From: Candidatus Latescibacterota bacterium
GTDB lineage: Bacteria; Latescibacterota; UBA2968; UBA8231
DNA: 64,000 nucleotides
Reading direction: 5' to 3'
NCBI GenBank assembly: GCA_965248355.1
Contig: OZ252098.1
Coordinates: 2,432,001-2,496,000, forward strand
The position numbers and the translations under genes were made by a program. Under the pieces are notes generated by a model. It ran no database searches and had not been told where the DNA came from. It saw only the letters and a program-made list of their open reading frames with translations. Positions 57,837-64,000 of the stretch are shown piece by piece; the stretch's first letter is position 1; the number at the start of each line of letters is the position of its first letter.

Positions 57837-59156
57837 TCAACGGACGTCATACCGCCGGAAGGAGTAGAAGGCGCCCAGGAAGAACAGCAGGTTGTACAGG
57901 AGTAGGATCACGACGCTGGCCGCGGCGCCGGCGAAGCGCTCGGCGAGAGTGGGGGACAGGAAACGGAAGCGGGGGGCCTTCTCCTTGGCTGCCCGGGCCG
58001 CGGCCAACGAGGCCTCCATGGCGGCGACTTCCGCGGGGGACTCGGGGTCGTAGTACGAGGGGCTGTCAAGGGACAGTCCGGCGGCGTAGTCGAGGAAGTG
58101 GCGCCGGTAGGCCTCGGCCTGGGCGAGGTAGTCGCGGTAGTGGACGATGCCGGTGGAGGAGATCGCCTCGGCAAAGTAGCGGTACGCGGTAACGGCCGAG
58201 ATGTGGGTGACCGCCTGGGCGACATCCATCTGACCAAGGTTGCGCTGCCAGTGGTCCTGGCGGGTCCGGGCCACCATGTCGGCGGTGTCTTCGTCCCAAT
58301 GTTCCCGCCAGATCCGCTGCAGGTCGCGCTCCAGATCGCTTTGGCTGGGCGCCGGGGCGAGGTGCCTGGCCACGAGGCTGCCGCTGCCGGGGATGAAGAC
58401 GGCGAGCACCGACCAGACCACGAGCCCGGCCATCAGAGCCAGGGCGGCGTTCCCCGTCCTGCAGGAGATGAACAGGCCCAGCCACACGGCTGCGGACAGG
58501 CAGATGAGGCCGGCTGCGAGGCTGGCCAGGGTGGCGCCCCAAACCCCTGCCGACAGCTCGATGGTGCCTGCCAACCCCATGAGCAGCAGGCCGAGGACGG
58601 CGCCCACCAGGACCGGGATCGACACACTGAGCAGGGAAGCGGCGTACTTGCCGAGCAGGAGGAGGTGGCGGGGAACCGGATTGGCAAGGGTCTGCCTCAG
58701 GGTGCCCCCTTCCTTCTCGCCCGCGATGCTGTCATGGGTCAAGAGCAGGGCCAGCAAGGTACCGAGGAAGCCGATGATGAAGGCCCAGTCGATGTCGCGG
58801 CGCAGGAGGAGAGGATTGCGGTCCCCCTTTTCCTCGAGCTTGATCCCCTGCTCGCTTACCCGGGCGTGGTTGGGCATGCCGCGGTCATGGCCTCCGGCGA
58901 TGAAGCCGAGAGGGCTCAGGGGACGGCGCAGCTCGGGGCTGGCAAGAGTGGTGCCCCCGTCGCGGCGCGAGGCGAACCCCACGCCCGTCTCCGCCCGTCT
59001 GACCACCTCCTGCTGGGTGGCGGCGTCGCGGACATGGCGGACGTTCCACGAGACGGCGCTGGCGACGAAACAGCCCACGATGAGGACGAAGCCGACGGCG
59101 AAGCGAAGGCTCTGGAGCTGGTCGAGCAGCTCTCGCCGCAGGATGACGCCCAGCAT
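57837..59156 (-). CDS. ABC-2 type permease (type B)
   Basis: 'ILRRELLDQLQSLRF', 'THDSIAGEKEGGTL'. Confidence 0.88.
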   Translation of the reverse strand: MLGVILRRELLDQLQSLRFAVGFVLIVGCFVASAVSWNVRHVRDAATQQEVVRRAETGVGFASRRDGGTTLASPELRRPLSPLGFIAGGHDRGMPNHARVSEQGIKLEEKGDRNPLLLRRDIDWAFIIGFLGTLLALLLTHDSIAGEKEGGTLRQTLANPVPRHLLLLGKYAASLLSVSIPVLVGAVLGLLLMGLAGTIELSAGVWGATLASLAAGLICLSAAVWLGLFISCRTGNAALALMAGLVVWSVLAVFIPGSGSLVARHLAPAPSQSDLERDLQRIWREHWDEDTADMVARTRQDHWQRNLGQMDVAQAVTHISAVTAYRYFAEAISSTGIVHYRDYLAQAEAYRRHFLDYAAGLSLDSPSYYDPESPAEVAAMEASLAAARAAKEKAPRFRFLSPTLAERFAGAAASVVILLLYNLLFFLGAFYSFRRYDVR

Positions 59157-60742
59157 CACACCACCTCCCGGCGCAGGAATCCATGCACGGCGAGCATCAG
59201 CAACAGGACGTTGGCCAAGGCCAGGAGGGCCAGGTCCACGGCGGCGTGGGGCAGCACGATGGACAAGGTCGCGCGGTAGGGCGGGAAGGCGGGCAGCCCA
59301 CTCAGGTCCGCCGAATCCCACTCCCGGATGTCGGTAGCGCCCACGATGTCCCAGAGCATGGCTCTCATCTTCGCCCGCGGCAGGTCGGTTCGCGACCTCA
59401 TCTCCTCCACGAAAGCTCTCAACTCCTGCCGGCCAACGGCCCGGTCCACGTCGTCGGGGGTGAAGTAGCGGGGAGAGGAGAAGATCCCGCTCTCGCGGAG
59501 CCAGGCGACCAGGTCCTGGCGGCAGCGGCGGGCGTGCTCGATGAAGCCGTGGTAGGACGACAGGTCGGTGCCGGCCAGGGCGGCAACGGCCCCGGGGAAG
59601 GCGGGGGCTACCAGGAGGCGGCGGACCGTCCGGTCGAGCTGGACCTGGGCGATTCGGTCGGCCAGGACCTGGTCATCGAGGCGCCCGACCCTCTCGGCGT
59701 CGCGGATGCGCTGCGGCTCGTAGTCGCCATAGAAGGCCTGGACCTTACCAATGAGTTCGCGGTGGAAGCCGCTGCCGATCACCGTGCTCTGAAGGAGACC
59801 TCCGCCGGAGCGGCGATTCCCACTGGGGAGGCGATCTTCGTCGAGCAGCTTCCGCAGTTCCCTCATCCCGTAGCCGATCTCATACTGCTCGACGTTCTTC
59901 CGCACCTCCCGCGCCTCTCTCTCCCCCTCCATGGGCATCAGCTCCCCCACGAGGTAGGCCGAGGCGGTGGGCAGCACCACCGTGAGCACGGCCCAGATGG
60001 AGATGGCCACCACCAGGCCCGTGGCCGGCCGGTCGACGCGCACCGACAGCCAGAGCCCCAGGAGGTAGAAGACGGAGGCGTAGAGCAAGGTGGCCGCGAG
60101 GATCAGGGCGATGCGCAGCCACTCGTCGCCGGTGAAGTGCACCGCCGGCTCGCTCAAGGCCACGAGGAGGGCGACGGCGAAGCCGGCCACCACCGGCAGG
60201 CCGGTGCAGGCCAGGCCGCCGAGCCACTTCCCGAGAAGCAGGTGCGCCCGCGGCACGGGGTTGCTGAAGAGCAGGGAGAGGGTGCCGGCCTGGCGTTCGC
60301 CCGAGACCGAGTCGTAGGCGAAGAACAGGGCCACGAGGCTTAGCAGCAGGGCCGAGATCGTGGCCAGATCGAAGACGGGGAAGGCGTGCATGAGGGGATT
60401 GCTGTCCTGGGGCGCGGACAGCAGGGTGGGGACCGAGCCGTGGGAGAAGTGCAGGACGTTGCCGAGACGGTCCTCGAGACCTTCTCCGAAGATGGCCAGG
60501 GGAGTCGGCGGCCGATGGGTGAAGGGCGGGTACTCGAGGAGCTGGGCGTAGACCTTGATGTTGTCCAGCTCCGCCCGGGCTCCGACTACCTGCACCTCGT
60601 GGGCCTCGACCCGCAGGGCGTACTCGTCGACGAGGGCGTACGCGCTCAGGCCCATCAGCACCGCGCACGCCCCGAAGGCCATGGCGAAGCGGTAGGTCAG
60701 CACGCCGGCCAGGAACTCCTTGTAGGCGATGGCGGCGATCAT
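59156..60742 (-). CDS. ABC-2 type permease (type A)
   Basis: 'IAYKEFLAGVLTYRF', 'AYDSVSGERQAGTL'. Confidence 0.88.
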   Translation of the reverse strand: MIAAIAYKEFLAGVLTYRFAMAFGACAVLMGLSAYALVDEYALRVEAHEVQVVGARAELDNIKVYAQLLEYPPFTHRPPTPLAIFGEGLEDRLGNVLHFSHGSVPTLLSAPQDSNPLMHAFPVFDLATISALLLSLVALFFAYDSVSGERQAGTLSLLFSNPVPRAHLLLGKWLGGLACTGLPVVAGFAVALLVALSEPAVHFTGDEWLRIALILAATLLYASVFYLLGLWLSVRVDRPATGLVVAISIWAVLTVVLPTASAYLVGELMPMEGEREAREVRKNVEQYEIGYGMRELRKLLDEDRLPSGNRRSGGGLLQSTVIGSGFHRELIGKVQAFYGDYEPQRIRDAERVGRLDDQVLADRIAQVQLDRTVRRLLVAPAFPGAVAALAGTDLSSYHGFIEHARRCRQDLVAWLRESGIFSSPRYFTPDDVDRAVGRQELRAFVEEMRSRTDLPRAKMRAMLWDIVGATDIREWDSADLSGLPAFPPYRATLSIVLPHAAVDLALLALANVLLLMLAVHGFLRREVV

Positions 60743-60791
60743 GGGTCGACGGCTTCCTCGGCAGGGTCAGCGCGGATCACGCGGTTGCGCC

Positions 60792-61499
60792 TCACGCGGC
60801 GCGCATGTAGTCGAGGTAGATGCGCTCCAGGTCCTCCGACTTCAGCTCCTCCCGGTCGCGCACCATCACCAGGTGGCCGTCCTTCATGATCCCCACGCGG
60901 TCGGCGATCTCCCGGGCCCGGAAGATGTCGTGGGTGGAGATGAAGACCGCCTTGCCGGCGTCGCGCATCTCCATCAGCAGGTCGCAGAAGTCGGCGGCGC
61001 CGGCGGGATCGAGGCCCGAGGTGGGCTCGTCCATGACCACCACGGGGGCGTCCTTCACCAGAACCGCGGCGATGCCGAGGCGTTGGCGCATCCCCTTGGA
61101 ATAGGTGCGAACCCGCATCCCGAAGGCCCGCTCCGGCAGACCGACGCGGCGCAGGGCCATGGCATACTCCTCCCGCGTGCACCGCTTGCCCGCGAGCCGG
61201 GCGAAGAAGTGGAGGTTCTGCAGCCCGGTGAGATTGCCGTACAGGGTCACGTTCTCGGGCAGGAAAGAGACGCGCTCCTTGGATTCCAGGGGATTCTCGA
61301 CCACGTCGACGCCGTCGATCACCGCCGTCCCCTCCGTGGGATCGATGAACCCCAGGACCAGGTTGATCGTCGTCGTCTTGCCCGCCCCGTTGGCCCCGAG
61401 GAGGGCAAACAGCTCCCCCCCGCTCACGGTCAGGTTGAGGTGGTCGAGGGCCAGGACCCCGTCCTCGTAGCGCTTCGTCAGGTCGATCGCCTGCAGCAT
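60792..61499 (-). CDS. ABC transporter ATP-binding protein
   Basis: Walker A GANGAGKTT, signature YSKGM, Walker B VVMDEP, H-loop STH. Confidence 0.95.
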   Translation of the reverse strand: MLQAIDLTKRYEDGVLALDHLNLTVSGGELFALLGANGAGKTTTINLVLGFIDPTEGTAVIDGVDVVENPLESKERVSFLPENVTLYGNLTGLQNLHFFARLAGKRCTREEYAMALRRVGLPERAFGMRVRTYSKGMRQRLGIAAVLVKDAPVVVMDEPTSGLDPAGAADFCDLLMEMRDAGKAVFISTHDIFRAREIADRVGIMKDGHLVMVRDREELKSEDLERIYLDYMRAA

Positions 61500-61982
61500 G
61501 GTCTGGTTCTCACTTGGTGGTGGTTCAAGGTGATGACGGGATTTACGACGCAACACCCGTGCCGGGATGCGTGAGTCGCCACAACTGATTGAGAGGCAGG
61601 AACTTGTGTGTCTACGGGAAATCCCCCGGGAAGCGTCCAGCTGGGTAGGCAGGGAACAGCGCGGTGTCGATCAGTCGGCTCAACCCATTGGCGGCCAAGG
61701 AGATAGTGCTGCTGGATCTCTTCTATACAGTGACGATGAGCAGGTCGCCCAACGGCTCTCATCGAGGCGGGCCTCTCAGACTGCTTTGACCGCGAATGGC
61801 GCGCCCGACGACCGGCGGATGCGCGGCAGCTCGACGCTGGAGTCGTAGACATGATTTCCGGCCTGCGCGAATCGGGATAGGTTGCCCATGTCAGACGACC
61901 CTTCAAGTACCGCTTGCGGCTGTTCACACCGCGTATACCTTCGTCCGGCCAAGTGACCATGGCGCCAAAAGAGGAGTAGGGA

Positions 61983-62228
61983 ATGTCGGAGGAATACCGG
62001 CTTCATCTTCAAGTCAGACGAGTAGAAAACGGCCAGTACCTGACCACCTCAGAGGATCTCGCCGGCTTGGTGGCCCAGGGGCGAACAGTCGCTGAAACGG
62101 TGGAAATTGCTCGAGATGTGGCAAGAAAGCTGGTTGAGTCCTGCAGGGAACATGGCGACCAATTGCCGGATGGCTTGCGCACGATGAATATGGATATCGT
62201 TGAACTGGATATTCCCGTCGGTGTCTGA
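61983..62228 (+). CDS. HicB family antitoxin
   Basis: 'YLTTSEDLAGLVAQGRTVAETVEIARDV'; GAGGAG RBS. Confidence 0.85.
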   Translation: MSEEYRLHLQVRRVENGQYLTTSEDLAGLVAQGRTVAETVEIARDVARKLVESCREHGDQLPDGLRTMNMDIVELDIPVGV

Positions 62229-62320
62229 TGGGTCGGAACCCTGTTACTCGACATCGAACGACTATTCCCAATCACTCGGGGGATTTGCCGGAGGGCACCG
62301 TATCTGCGGTCCTGTTTATG
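62228..62320 (+). pseudogene. HicA toxin remnant with internal deletion
   Basis: TGATG-coupled to hicB. 'MGR' is fused directly to 'NPVTRHRTTIPNHSGDLPEGTVSAVL' and lacks the N-terminal helix and catalytic GSH motif. Confidence 0.7.
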
Positions 62321-62419
62321 GCCAACCCTCCGGTCACCGGCGAGCAGCGGCGAGGGCCGGCCCGACCGGCGCACCAAGGCCCCGAGGCGATGGTCGCTCG
62401 TGTCGAGGGAGGCGCCGCT

Positions 62420-63310
62420 TCAACTGCGGACACCGGGCAGGCGCTCGACAAGCTCCTCCATCCACTCGTCCGCACCCCCGTGACCGGCGAATCCCGCCTC
62501 GATATCGGCTTCGGTGTGTGAATCGGAACCGCCCGTCGACACGAGTCCGTGCTCGACGCAGTAGGCCCGGTAGAATGGGGTGACCTCCCTCGGGACCAGG
62601 GGGTGGGCGCACTCGATGCCGTCGAAGCCGATCTCCTCCCGCAGGGCGTCCATGCGCGTGCGGTTCCCCTGGTCGAAGCTGTCGTGAGGATGGGCGATCG
62701 ACACCACCGCTCCCAGTCTCTTCACGGCAGGAACCACCTCCGCCACCGGAGGATAAGTGGGCGCCCCTCCCAGCTCCTTGGCCCTGGCGCGGAAGGCGTT
62801 GAATTCTGCCTCACCGGCTATCTTGCCGGTCTCCAGGAGGTAGCTCCGCAGCACCTCTCCCTTCACCTGGGTGAGTCCCTGCCGGCCCACGACATCGGCA
62901 GGACGATGTGACTTGGCGAGGTCCATGAGACCGTCCTCGTCGATGTCGCAGCCCAGCTCGCGCAGGCCCCTCACGACCGCCCGGCCCGTCTGCATCCGCC
63001 ATTCCCGGTACCGGCGCAGCACCTCCCGCATCTCCGGCGGCTGCGACAGCGGGAAGCCGTGGCAGAGCAGGTCGATCTCGCCGATCGAGGTGTGGACGGT
63101 CAGCTCGGCCGAGGGGATCGGAGTGACTTCCGGGTAGCCGGCCGCGGCCGCGAGCAGTTCCGCCAGGGAATCGAGGTGGTAGTGCTCGGTGAGGGCGATC
63201 CACCGAACCCCGAGGCGGCGCGCCCGGCGGAGGTGGCTCTCCGGCTCGGCGGAGGCGTCGTGGCTCCAGTAGCTGTGGAGATGCAGATCGTAGCTGGCGT
63301 GAGTGTTCAT
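62420..63310 (-). CDS. PHP domain metal-dependent phosphoesterase
   Basis: 'DLHLHS', 'ALTEH', 'IAHP', 'TGGSDSH'. Confidence 0.9.
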   Translation of the reverse strand: MNTHASYDLHLHSYWSHDASAEPESHLRRARRLGVRWIALTEHYHLDSLAELLAAAAGYPEVTPIPSAELTVHTSIGEIDLLCHGFPLSQPPEMREVLRRYREWRMQTGRAVVRGLRELGCDIDEDGLMDLAKSHRPADVVGRQGLTQVKGEVLRSYLLETGKIAGEAEFNAFRARAKELGGAPTYPPVAEVVPAVKRLGAVVSIAHPHDSFDQGNRTRMDALREEIGFDGIECAHPLVPREVTPFYRAYCVEHGLVSTGGSDSHTEADIEAGFAGHGGADEWMEELVERLPGVRS

Positions 63311-63319
63311 GATCGCAGG

Positions 63320-64000
63320 TTACCGAAAGCGGCCCGTCGCAACGGCCTTCACCTGTCCCCAGCTGCGGGGCCTGACGGCGGTCGCAATCTCCCTCAGACG
63401 GACGTACACGGGCTCGGATTCCTTATCCGCTGAAAACGCGGCGATGGCGAATACCGCGTCGCCGTCATCTGGTTCGTCGACCATCCATTGGACAATGGGC
63501 TCCGTGGCTACGACTGCTACCCACGGAACGAGAGCCAACTGAGGCTCATCGTGGTGGATCGTCTTCCCGTCCTCGTCCATCTCCTTGTAGATCATATATC
63601 CCACGGCGCCCTCCACCGCCGACCAGAAGATGACATAGGTAGGTCTTCCGTCAGGCAAGGTGGCTGCCTCCACCCACACCGAGTCCGGCGGCGGCGGGGG
63701 CGGAATCTCAGGAACACGGACATACACAAATTCGGACTCCTCGTCCCCCTGAACGGTAGCGATGGCGAAGACCGCGGCCTCCCCGCCCAGTGTAGTGGCC
63801 ATCCACTCGACAACGGGCTCGGCGGGCTCCACGAAGCCCCAGGGCACCAGGGCCGACTTCGGGTGCTCCAACTCGACGATGTTGCCGTCCTGGTCAAGGC
63901 CGCTGGTGACCAGTATCGCCCGGAATATCCGATACCCCTCCGCGCCCTCCACGGCCGTCCAGTAGACGATGTGGCCGGGCCTTCCGTCAGGCCACGTCGC
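63320..64000 (-). CDS. Exported protein with tandem beta-rich repeats and C-terminal TAV...SWGQVK motif (3' part; start beyond the window)
   Basis: Two repeats 'PDGRP..(V/I)..W(T/S)AVEGA.GY.I...ALVPW..V...EP.V.WM......AVFAIA......ESE.VYVR'; ends 'TAVRPRSWGQVKA'. Confidence 0.75.
   Translation of the reverse strand, partial: ATWPDGRPGHIVYWTAVEGAEGYRIFRAILVTSGLDQDGNIVELEHPKSALVPWGFVEPAEPVVEWMATTLGGEAAVFAIATVQGDEESEFVYVRVPEIPPPPPPDSVWVEAATLPDGRPTYVIFWSAVEGAVGYMIYKEMDEDGKTIHHDEPQLALVPWVAVVATEPIVQWMVDEPDDGDAVFAIAAFSADKESEPVYVRLREIATAVRPRSWGQVKAVATGRFR

Noticed and set aside
61500..61980. Peptide precursor or cargo ORF upstream of the ABC ATPase
   Set aside because: No ORF with a convincing RBS, leader or composition was found.

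Overview
High-GC bacterial chromosomal window, with features consistent with an uncultured FCB/Latescibacterota-Poribacteria-like lineage (inference from the 'YPNPFN...WDG' and 'TAV...SWGQVK' C-terminal motifs, ankyrin/TPR proteins and PhyH dioxygenases). 1-14 kb is mostly housekeeping or metabolic: TonB-dependent receptor plus lipoprotein, CMD protein, ankyrin protein, dioxygenases, rpsU, rnd, amidohydrolase, GNAT, and a Na+-translocating decarboxylase oadG-oadB-oadA. The rest is a mosaic accessory region. (i) An integrase-less integron cassette array (17.0-18.7 kb) with two clear attC sites, between two divergent DUF5916-type outer-membrane protein genes. (ii) Five toxin-antitoxin modules; in four, the toxin is internally deleted or truncated while the antitoxin is intact. 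(iii) A ~21-kb minus-strand block (31.2-51.5 kb). It encodes an unusual soluble beta-propeller/Y_Y_Y-sigma54 activator, followed by palindromic enhancer-like sites and a -24/-12 promoter. Behind the promoter lies an operon of exported proteins: three FG-GAP paralogues with FlgD/T9SS-like tails, DUF4159, a discoidin-FlgD protein, a Ca-binding outer-membrane-like protein split by an IS256 with an 8-bp TSD, a giant TPR protein and a lipoprotein. The block is bracketed by decayed copies of a neighbouring NtrC-type regulator. (iv) An ABC exporter locus with one ATPase and alternating A/B permease pairs (three pairs in the window) plus a soluble two-component system. No rRNA, tRNA, CRISPR array or reverse transcriptase was seen. 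All family assignments come from motif recognition by eye; no database search was run.
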